From: Candidatus Dadabacteria bacterium
Lineage (GTDB): Bacteria; Desulfobacterota_D; UBA1144; Nemesobacterales; CSP1-2
NCBI GenBank assembly: GCA_023250035.1
Contig: JAHFBK010000002.1
Span: forward strand, 1-43,855
Direction of reading: 5' to 3'
Length of the DNA stretch: 43,855 nt
Position numbers and translations under genes: made by a program. Of the stretch, positions 10,337 to 20,069 are shown piece after piece. Under the pieces are notes generated by a model, which ran no database searches, was not told the origin of the DNA, and worked only from the letters and a program-made list of their open reading frames with translations. Each line of letters begins with the position of its first letter. The stretch's first letter is position 1.

Positions 10337-10696
10337 ATGATCGATAAAAAATCCCTCGGACAAATGGGTGAGGATATAGCATCCAAGGCTCTAAAAAAGG
10401 ATGGATACCGCATTATCGAGAAAAATTTTAGATGCAAGCAGGGTGAGATAGACATCATCGCTGAGCAAAAGGGGGTTGTTTGCTTCATAGAGGTTAAAGC
10501 CCGTTCATCTGAAAACTTTGGACTGCCGGAAGAGGCTGTTACAAGTTGGAAACAGCGAAGACTCTTGGCTGCGGCTTATGTGTATCTAGAAAAAAAGAAA
10601 ATCAAATCAAAAGATTTGCGCTTTGACATAGTCTCGGTTGATCTTACGAATGAAATGGCTAGAATCTTGAAGAACGCCTTTGAAGTGAATTATTAG
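10337..10696 (+). CDS. yraN: YraN/UPF0102 endonuclease-fold protein
   Basis: GQMGEDIA, GEIDII, FIEVKAR, RFDIVSV. Confidence 0.94.
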   Translation: MIDKKSLGQMGEDIASKALKKDGYRIIEKNFRCKQGEIDIIAEQKGVVCFIEVKARSSENFGLPEEAVTSWKQRRLLAAAYVYLEKKKIKSKDLRFDIVSVDLTNEMARILKNAFEVNY

Positions 10697-11018
10697 GTTG
10701 AGAATACGGTCAGGGTTTTAATCGTACATTTTTCTTAATCAAGATTATCGTATCATAATACAATCCCACAATCTTCCGAATCTCAAAAATGTGTTTTACT
10801 TAGTTATTCAATTCTTTGGCATTAGACCAGAGGAGTAGAATATATGAAAACCTTATATTTCAAGACCTGATCTCATTTTCTCTCCTTGATATAAAGCCAA
10901 GAACTGACCCCTTCTTTTCCTTTGGTCTTTAATATTAAGTTTAATAGAATCATATCTACTAGAAGTAAGTGCTAAAGGATACTTATGTAAGATTTAAGAA
11001 TTAAATAGGGAAGAGTGA

Positions 11019-11441
11019 CTACCTATGTAATTTTTTTGGACGCCTTAGTATTATAGCTGGGTATCCGTAGTCTGTATTTTTATCCAAACTGAGAACATAA
11101 TCTCTTAAAATATTTAATTCATGCTCGACATCGATATATTGTCCTAGTTTGCTGATCCATTTACCATTTTCCAATTGTCGTGCGGCATGAGTTGGTTCCC
11201 CATTATCGTCAACGAAAATTACAATTTTTTCAAAACAAGAATCAAGTTCGTAATTATCACAAGGCACGTAATCTAGAGTAGAAAAAGCCTGTATAAAAAC
11301 TTCTAAGGTTACATCTTTTGAAATACCTTTTGGCCAATATGAGTCACCTGCAGGCCACCACCATCGAGTGTCATCCCCGGCTGACAAAGCAATGCAATTA
11401 TAAGTTGGTGTTTCAGGACTACGCGCAATAACCCCGATCAT
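11019..11441 (-). CDS. Uncharacterised protein with a putative Cys-His dyad (DUF7689-like)
   Basis: SPETPTYNCIA, WWWP..YWP, THAARQ, WISKLG motifs; family name recalled from memory. Confidence 0.65.
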   Translation of the reverse strand: MIGVIARSPETPTYNCIALSAGDDTRWWWPAGDSYWPKGISKDVTLEVFIQAFSTLDYVPCDNYELDSCFEKIVIFVDDNGEPTHAARQLENGKWISKLGQYIDVEHELNILRDYVLSLDKNTDYGYPAIILRRPKKLHR

Positions 11442-11447
11442 TCATTA

Positions 11448-11873
11448 TTATTCAATATATCCGTGCTCTTTACCCCATTTTAACCAAGCTTCTCTAATTT
11501 TCATGAGATTACCTCGATCTTCTAAAGCCACGGGATCCTCCCCTGTAATGGCTCTAAGAGCCCAGGACCAGTGATTAGGTTCACGCTCAAATTCTCTAAG
11601 GATCAAAGGAATAACATCTTGTCCCATACCTATTATACGTTGGTAAGATGGATGAGTAACAATTTTTGTAGTTGATGATAGCAATAACACTTCTTTTTTC
11701 CAAGTTCTCATTAAGGTGTAAAATTTTTCTTTAGTGCTTTGTCTTGATGCAGGGAAACAAAAATGTTCAGCAAGTTCTGACATTTTTTTTAAAATAAAGT
11801 AAGATTCTATACTAATCCCAGCTGATTGATTGCCTCCAGAAGTAAGAGAATAATTAATTGCGACTCCACTCAT
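11448..11873 (-). CDS. Uncharacterised helical (HEAT-like) protein
   Basis: HPSYQRIIGMG, PLIL, HWSWALRAITGEDPV, WLKWG; ATGA overlap with the upstream gene. Confidence 0.7.
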   Translation of the reverse strand: MSGVAINYSLTSGGNQSAGISIESYFILKKMSELAEHFCFPASRQSTKEKFYTLMRTWKKEVLLLSSTTKIVTHPSYQRIIGMGQDVIPLILREFEREPNHWSWALRAITGEDPVALEDRGNLMKIREAWLKWGKEHGYIE

Positions 11874-12628
11874 TTAAACAACTCCTTTGTTTTATTTGTT
11901 AAATTCTTAAAAAAGATATCATTCTTAAATTTTCGCAATCTCAGCATAATATTCCATATTTCTTCATCCGCGGGATCTAACGTTACAATTTTAAATACAT
12001 CGATATCAAATATCAATGGTAATAATTGTTGATCGTTCTTTACTTCTGGAGATTCGGTTGCTTCTATTATAATCGCCTCAGATTCTAATTCCTTATTTTG
12101 TATTACTAATCTCATCACAACCTGAGTTAGAGCATCCGGTATCCCAGGAGCAATTTCAGGAACTGTTAGTATATATTCTTTAAGATCTTTTATAGGAAGT
12201 GGTATTTCAATCCGATTAATATAACGCAGGGCTAGTCTAGTTACATTTTTAGGTTTGACAATCTTGACATAGTAGTTCCAGAGCTCTCTTGCCTCGGTAC
12301 TAAAAACCTCCCAATTTTCATACGGTTTTAATTTGTTAAATGTAAAGCCATCTAATCTGGATTGAACAACTTTTGTATTATCAGAAGAACGAAAAAGATA
12401 TCCCTCTATTGCTCCCGAGTGTTCAGAAATTTGTGGCCCAATACCAGGTTTTAGTTCAAATTGAGTTTTCAAATGAAATTTTTCTTCTTTTTGGGGGAAA
12501 CGGGTTTTAACTTCCTCATGAAATTCACCAACAGTATTAAGGTTTACTTCCTTTGGAAGGGTAACTCGTATATCTATCAAGGCTTCAGTTATTGGCGGAT
12601 TATGAAAGATTTCGTATTCATTGATCAT
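11870..12628 (-). CDS. TIGR04255 family protein
   Basis: NPPITEALIDIR, GYLF, PYENWEVF, RLALRYINRI, IFDID, KNDIFF. Confidence 0.8.
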   Translation of the reverse strand: MINEYEIFHNPPITEALIDIRVTLPKEVNLNTVGEFHEEVKTRFPQKEEKFHLKTQFELKPGIGPQISEHSGAIEGYLFRSSDNTKVVQSRLDGFTFNKLKPYENWEVFSTEARELWNYYVKIVKPKNVTRLALRYINRIEIPLPIKDLKEYILTVPEIAPGIPDALTQVVMRLVIQNKELESEAIIIEATESPEVKNDQQLLPLIFDIDVFKIVTLDPADEEIWNIMLRLRKFKNDIFFKNLTNKTKELFK

Positions 12629-12942
12629 ATTTTTCTATTAGAAGGTTTTAATCTGAATTAAAGCTTTTTATGCAAATTATAGCATTCATGATATTCGATG
12701 CAAATAATTTGATAATAATAGTAGATTGTGGGCAGGGTCTTGGATTGTGAATTATTTTTATTAACTATCTTGGTTATTGTGCCATTGTGCAAACCCAAAC
12801 CCTACCAAAATCTAGAAGCGTGTACACATAATTTAAGTGCGCATCCTGCATCAAAGATTCCTTATCAGTACGAACGAGATTAAAAAATTTCCACTTTAAA
12901 ACGAATATTTAATGATTATATTGAAAGTTAAGGTGATAAGAT

Positions 12943-13176
12943 ATGGACAAACAATTTGATGGCTATACAGCTATACAAACTGCGGAGGGTTTCCACGTGG
13001 TGTTTCACGATTCTTCGAGAAACCCACTAGATGTAAAATTTAACGATTTTCAAGAATTCGCAAATAAATACAGCCAGGAAATATTGGCTGGAAAACTTCC
13101 AAAACTTTCTGAACAAGAAGCAGTTTTGCTTTCGCTATGGGAGTTAATGCTTATACCAGCTAACACAATACATTAA
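12943..13176 (+). CDS. Hypothetical 77-aa protein
   Basis: ATG with SD aaggtg; protein-like composition. Confidence 0.6.
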   Translation: MDKQFDGYTAIQTAEGFHVVFHDSSRNPLDVKFNDFQEFANKYSQEILAGKLPKLSEQEAVLLSLWELMLIPANTIH

Positions 13177-13290
13177 GGTAGTGAGATCGGGGTTCTATCC
13201 ATATATATCGAGATTTAGGTCAACCTTATTTAAACTGACCTTTTCTTGAATAGGTTTGTAAATAGATAGCATCCTACGTCATTATTACTC

Positions 13291-13319
13291 TTGACACCTT
13301 CGGGATTGATGCATATCTT
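13291..13319 (+). promoter_or_regulatory. Sigma70-type promoter of groESL
   Basis: ttgaca-17 nt-tatctt directly before the CIRCE. Confidence 0.75.
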
Positions 13320-13323
13320 ATAC

Positions 13324-13350
13324 TCAGCGCTCATCTAACTAGAGTGCTAA
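13324..13350. promoter_or_regulatory. CIRCE element (HrcA operator)
   Basis: tcagcgctc-N9-gagtgctaa versus TTAGCACTC-N9-GAGTGCTAA; 2 mismatches, both in the left arm. Confidence 0.88.
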
Positions 13351-13383
13351 TTCCATTTATATACCAATCCAGGAGGTAAAACC

Positions 13384-13674
13384 ATGAATGTAAGACCACT
13401 TCACGATAAGATTTTAATCAAAAGAATAGATGCCCCCCAGATGACAAAGGGCGGAATTGTCATTCCGGATACTGTCAAGGAAAAGCCACAGGAGGGAAAG
13501 GTAGTAGCTACTGGTAAAGGTAGGATTCTAGAGGATGGTAAGGTTGTTCCATTAGCGGTGAAGAAAGGAGACAGGATACTCTTTGGCAAATATGGGGGAA
13601 CAGAGATTAAACTCGAGGGTGAGGATTATATAATCCTAGATGAAAATGAGGTTTTGGCTATAATCGAAGAATAA
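13384..13674 (+). CDS. groES: Co-chaperonin GroES
   Basis: RPLHDKI, TKGGIVIPD, KEKPQEG, GKYGGTE; SD aggagg. Confidence 0.98.
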   Translation: MNVRPLHDKILIKRIDAPQMTKGGIVIPDTVKEKPQEGKVVATGKGRILEDGKVVPLAVKKGDRILFGKYGGTEIKLEGEDYIILDENEVLAIIEE

Positions 13675-13682
13675 ATTTTTAA

Positions 13683-15332
<1,650 letters not shown>

Positions 15333-15336
15333 TTCA

Positions 15337-15363
15337 GTAGGGGCACGTCTCAACGCGCCCCTA
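15337..15363. repeat. GTAG REP hairpin between convergent groEL and speB; possible bidirectional terminator
   Basis: taggggcacgt-ctca-acgcgccccta followed by a T-run. Confidence 0.7.
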
Positions 15364-16251
15364 TTTTTTACTGAACTTATAACCTATAGTTTTATATGCA
15401 AGCTTTGCTGCAAGCACATCGGGACCAAGTAGTCCTGAGAATGGTGCAAGTTCCATTATATCAAAACCAATAACCTTTCTTTTTTTAAACACTGTTTTAA
15501 TAAGCTCAGTAACGTCATACCAACCTAACCCTCCGGGCTCTGGTGTGCCTGTTGAAGGAACAAAGGATGGATCAAATACATCAATATCAACGCTTATATA
15601 AACTTGTGGAAGAAGACTAGATATAACCTCATCCATCCATTCTTGATTTTTGCTTTTAAAGATTTCTCTTGCGTGAATGACTTTTAGATTTTTATTCCCT
15701 TTGATAAACTCAGCTTCCTCTTTTGAATAACTTCTTACACCAACCTCGACTACATTATATCCCTCTTCTAAAACCCTTCTCATAACACATGCGTGGTTAA
15801 AAGGAGTTCCCTCATATGAATCTCTCAAATCACAGTGTGCATCAAGATTTAAAACAGAGAAATCTTTGAAACATGTCTTGTGTCCTTTTATGGCTCCCAG
15901 AGTAATCGAATGCTCGCCGCCTAAGGTAATTATGAACTTATTTAATCCAAGTAGTTGAGAGCAGACCTCACTAACTGCGCTTACCATATGAGCAGGGTCA
16001 ACAGAACCGCATTCAAGCTCTGCAAGTGTATGGACTCCACAGGTATAAGGGTCGCATCCGAGTTCATCATCGTAAAGCTCCAGGCATCTTGATGAGTAAA
16101 TTATAGAGGAGGGTCCCCTTGATGTCCCTCTTCCAAACGATACCGTTCTCTCAAAAGGTACAGGAAGTATAACGACCTTTGATGTCTCAAATCCTGAGCT
16201 GTTTTCATCAAGACCAAGGAAATTAATAGGAATAAAATTTCCCTGAATCAT
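15361..16251 (-). CDS. speB: Agmatinase (ureohydrolase family)
   Basis: GGEHSIT, DAHCD, SVDIDVFDP, TGTPEPGG. Confidence 0.92.
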   Translation of the reverse strand: MIQGNFIPINFLGLDENSSGFETSKVVILPVPFERTVSFGRGTSRGPSSIIYSSRCLELYDDELGCDPYTCGVHTLAELECGSVDPAHMVSAVSEVCSQLLGLNKFIITLGGEHSITLGAIKGHKTCFKDFSVLNLDAHCDLRDSYEGTPFNHACVMRRVLEEGYNVVEVGVRSYSKEEAEFIKGNKNLKVIHAREIFKSKNQEWMDEVISSLLPQVYISVDIDVFDPSFVPSTGTPEPGGLGWYDVTELIKTVFKKRKVIGFDIMELAPFSGLLGPDVLAAKLAYKTIGYKFSKK

Positions 16252-16354
16252 GGGAGAAAGAGTTTAATGGTTAGACCCCTCTTGTCAATTAAAACCCTTT
16301 AGAAGCTCTTTGAGTAATATCAAACCCGCATGGCCAATATACATAAATGGTGAA

Positions 16355-16446
16355 GTAGGAGTGCCATCCCTTCGACCCTTCGACAAAGCTCAGGGCTCAG
16401 GACAGGGTTGGCGTGGGGCTGAGTCGCGGCTGGAAGCAACTCCTAC
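16355..16446. repeat. GTAG REP-like element with a doubly nested TTCGAC..GCTCA micro-element
   Basis: gtaggagtgcc ... ccttcgac-ccttcgacaaagctcaggg-ctcaggacagg ... gcaactcctac. Confidence 0.75.
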
Positions 16447-16464
16447 AGAAGAGAAAAGAATTAA

Positions 16465-17112
16465 TTAACTAGATTTGACATACCCTATTTTCTCTAGCTC
16501 TCTATAGGTTTTTGTAGGACTCTTTTGTGATGCAAAAAGTGATAGATCCTCAGGTTCGTCTATGTCGAGCGCCGCTCTGGGAAGTTTATGTATTTCGTAT
16601 GGGATATTTCTCTTTCGTGCTTCTTCAATATGTTTTTTAAAGCTGTCGTATCCAAATCGAGATGGAATCACGTCAGGTGGTTTTCTAAGGATTGCGTTTG
16701 TTCCGAGTTCATCTCTAGCAGGGACTAGAATAACTGAATGAAGGGGTTTCTCCTTCTCTAGAATAAAATCCACATCCTCTGCTGTTATAAGTGGAGCGTC
16801 CCCAGGGATAACTAGAACTGATTCCGCACCCATCTCCTTACAAATGATAGAAGCCCAGTCTACCGATTCGCTTTCTCCATTTTGTTTAGTTTCTTTAATT
16901 ACTTCTATATCTAAGCTCTCAGCGAGTTTAATAGCATTTTCATCCAAGGTTACAACTAAGATGCGGTCTAATAGTCTTGAGCCTCTCAGTGCTATAAGCA
17001 CGTCCTCTAACATAGCATAGGCGAGATCTGTTCTTTCACTTTGAGAAAGGATTGGAGAAAGTCTCTCCTTTGCCTTTGATAGGTCCTTTACAGGTACAAG
17101 AGCGAATCTCAT
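16465..17112 (-). CDS. cofC: CofC/FbiD guanylyltransferase (F420 biosynthesis)
   Basis: ALVPVK..AKERLS, AMLEDV, GDAPLI, GTNA, FGYDSF..H, DIDEPEDL. Confidence 0.9.
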   Translation of the reverse strand: MRFALVPVKDLSKAKERLSPILSQSERTDLAYAMLEDVLIALRGSRLLDRILVVTLDENAIKLAESLDIEVIKETKQNGESESVDWASIICKEMGAESVLVIPGDAPLITAEDVDFILEKEKPLHSVILVPARDELGTNAILRKPPDVIPSRFGYDSFKKHIEEARKRNIPYEIHKLPRAALDIDEPEDLSLFASQKSPTKTYRELEKIGYVKSS

Positions 17113-17298
17113 CCCTAAAAAATTTACAGGGATTTTTTTGTGTTTGCTATAAATAATTTCAAGAGGTGATAAGTTCCTGCAAATTACACTATTTTACGAT
17201 GCGTTAAGCGTCTACTTCTATAATCGCTCTACTATTAGGTTTGATATAAAAATCCACGTAAGCTAAATTTGTAAGAATCTCTTCCTTTAATCACGACA

Positions 17299-18675
17299 AT
17301 GAATAAAAAGCTTCATTTTGGATGGGTTGGCGAAGACAACATGGCGCTTCTTACAGACCTTTACGAGTTTACTATGGCTGATAGTTATCTAAGAGGCAAA
17401 AGAAATGAAGAGGCGACATTTGATCTTTTTATACGTCATCTTCCAGAGAGCAGGTCATTCCTAGTAAGCGCTGGGCTAGAAGATATTGTCCATTTCTTAG
17501 GTATAATGCGTTTTACAGATGATTCGATTCATTATCTACGAACATTAAATATGCTCAGTGAAGATTTTCTAAGTTACCTAAAGAATTTTCGCTTTACAGG
17601 CACTGTTTATGCAATTCCCGAGGGGGAGATCTACTTTCCAAGCGAGCCAGCTATTGTAGTCACGGCTCCCAGGATAGAAGCACAGATAGTAGAAACATTT
17701 CTACTAAACACCTTTAATTTCCAGTCTGTTATCGCTTCAAAGGCTGCGAGGGTTGTGATTGCTGCTGAGGGTCGTCAGGTTGTGGATTTTTCTCCTAGAA
17801 GGGATCATGGGACGGATGCGGCGATGAAGGTAGCGCGTTCCTCGTACATAGCTGGATGTGTTGGTACGTCGAATGTGCTTGCCGGAAAGGAATTTGGCAT
17901 CCCTGTTCACGGAACAATGGCTCATTCTTATGTAATGTCTTATAAATCTGAGATCGAGTCTTTTAGAGAATTCGTTCGCGATTTTCCTGAAAACTCGGTA
18001 CTCCTTATTGATACATACGATGTAATAGAAGGTGCCAGGAACGCAATCATTGTTGGAAAGGAGATGGCGAGGAAGGGTCAAAAACTTAGGGGTGTAAGAA
18101 TAGATTCGGGTGATTTGGCTCGACTTTCTAAGAGGGTTAGACGAATGTTTGATGATGCAGGACTAGGTTACGTAAGGATTATGTTAAGTGGTGATCTAAA
18201 TGAATACCGTATAAAGGAGATAATCCAAAAAGGAGGAAGCGCAGATGTATTCGGTGTAGGAACGGATATGGGGACATCGAGGGACGCCCCTGCACTCGGC
18301 GGTGTATATAAGCTCGTAGAGGACAACCTAGGACCCAGGATGAAATTTTCAAAGGGTAAAGTAACACTTCCAGGAAAGAAATCCGTGTTTAGGATCCTTG
18401 GAGAAGATGGGAGATTTCGAAAAGACGTGATAACTGAAGAGGGAGGAAAACCTAACTCAGGAGACTACTATCCACTTTTGATAAAGGTGGTGGAGAACGG
18501 AAATATAATCTACGATCCTCCTTCGCTTCCCAAGATAAGGGATAGATTCTTGGAGAACCTTAAAGGGCTTCCTGATGATTTAAAAAAGATAGATGAGATA
18601 CACGAATATAAGGTTGAAATTAGCCATTCGTTGAAGAGTATTATTAAAGGGATCAGGTCAGAAATTATGACTTGA
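17299..18675 (+). CDS. pncB: Nicotinate phosphoribosyltransferase
   Basis: [45 protein letters not shown]. Confidence 0.95.
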   Translation: MNKKLHFGWVGEDNMALLTDLYEFTMADSYLRGKRNEEATFDLFIRHLPESRSFLVSAGLEDIVHFLGIMRFTDDSIHYLRTLNMLSEDFLSYLKNFRFTGTVYAIPEGEIYFPSEPAIVVTAPRIEAQIVETFLLNTFNFQSVIASKAARVVIAAEGRQVVDFSPRRDHGTDAAMKVARSSYIAGCVGTSNVLAGKEFGIPVHGTMAHSYVMSYKSEIESFREFVRDFPENSVLLIDTYDVIEGARNAIIVGKEMARKGQKLRGVRIDSGDLARLSKRVRRMFDDAGLGYVRIMLSGDLNEYRIKEIIQKGGSADVFGVGTDMGTSRDAPALGGVYKLVEDNLGPRMKFSKGKVTLPGKKSVFRILGEDGRFRKDVITEEGGKPNSGDYYPLLIKVVENGNIIYDPPSLPKIRDRFLENLKGLPDDLKKIDEIHEYKVEISHSLKSIIKGIRSEIMT

Positions 18676-18676
18676 T

Positions 18677-19294
18677 TTAGCCAATGCTAACTAGTTCCTT
18701 ATGTTCTACGATCTCTCCCCTAGGGTATTTTTCTCCAAATGTTTTTCCTTGAAATCTGTAAACCTCGGTTTTTAAATTCCGCCAGCTATCTATAGGAAGT
18801 ATAGCCTTATAGCATACAGCATTGAGGAAGGCTTCCACATCCCACTTTTCTTTTAGAGGGACCTGGGGAAGAAGAATACCGGAATAAACCCCAAATCTTA
18901 TCAGGATTCCATCTTTCCCAATCTCTATAGTATTTATGTATTCCTCTGGTGATTCTACCATAAGCCTTTCGGGTGTTGTGAGAATCGTGACCTCAAAGGT
19001 GACCATTTCTAACTCATGGATAGAAAGGGGTGGAAATCTATTATCGCTGAAAGCAGACTGTAGTGAAGATTTAATTAGCGCCTTCCAAAGGGACTGGGTT
19101 GGAAGAGGAAAGCCAGTACACCCTCTAAGTTCAGATTCAGGTGATGTTCTAATGGTTGTAAAAACGCCGCGATTTTCTTGAAACTCCTTAGTGAACCACT
19201 CTGGGATATCAGGTTTTTTATTAAAAAGCTCATCTTCTACTACCTTCCTGGCTATCTTTACTAGTTTCTCACCTTGTGAAAAAACATATACCAT
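18677..19294 (-). CDS. AMMECR1-domain protein (AmmeMemoRadiSam protein A / TIGR00296-like)
   Basis: GVFTT, LRGCTG, DNRFPP, EVTILT, GILLPQV, CYKA. Confidence 0.88.
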   Translation of the reverse strand: MVYVFSQGEKLVKIARKVVEDELFNKKPDIPEWFTKEFQENRGVFTTIRTSPESELRGCTGFPLPTQSLWKALIKSSLQSAFSDNRFPPLSIHELEMVTFEVTILTTPERLMVESPEEYINTIEIGKDGILIRFGVYSGILLPQVPLKEKWDVEAFLNAVCYKAILPIDSWRNLKTEVYRFQGKTFGEKYPRGEIVEHKELVSIG

Positions 19295-19489
19295 TACTTA
19301 ATTAGTATAAATTATTCATGATAATGCATGAAGAGGGTAGGTTCAGAATCAAAAGGAAAATTTTTTTGGATTGGCAATATGTTCTTATTTGTGAGAGAAA
19401 AAGATTCGAGCATAAAATGGGATAAAAAACAAAGCGGGAAAAAGCCATGAAAAACGGAAAGGACAAGAAAACATCACAATGTTTGTATA

Positions 19490-19736
19490 GGCATCAACGG
19501 CTTTTGGCGCTTTCATTTAGTGATGCTAGCATACAATTTCATGAACCTATTTAAGGAACTCGTGTTAGGACAAAAGGATAAGAAGCGAATGGGGGAATGG
19601 ACTCGGCAGAGGTTTTTCTTGATAGTTGGGAAGCTCGTTAGGGGGAGGAGGCTTATTTTAAAGTTTCAAGAGGCTTACTAAGGAGGAGTATAATGAGGTA
19701 GAGGGAAGGGTTAAAGCTTTGGTAGGAGCTGCATAA
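19490..19736 (+). pseudogene. C-terminal remnant of an IS1380-family-like transposase
   Basis: My translation: FHLVMLAYNFMNLFKELVL...RQRFFLIVGKLVRGRRLILKFQEAY* (stop 19679-81), then frameshifted EEYNEVEGRVKALVGAA*; no N-terminus or DDE core. Confidence 0.7.
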
Positions 19737-20069
19737 CTTAGAAAAAATGGGAGCAGAGATTGATAGAGGCTTGAAGGTGGAGGTCGAGAGCTTCTATGGG
19801 CAAAGTTTGCCTAATCCGAGTGGTAGGCATGTGGAAATCCGGAAATCTACTGAATTGTGAGCCTGGGGTATAGGCAATGAGCTTATTTGAGGGTACTCAT
19901 GGAGAAATTGTTTTTGACATTAGACTGTTTTTTTTGATGTAAGTAACTTAAATCGACGAATTGTCAATGAACAAATTTAGTACAACTTTGATGTTACATT
20001 ACCATAACTTATGCATAAAATCGGCTTAAAAACCTTTGAATCTTTTCCTGAGTTGATGTTACTCTAACC

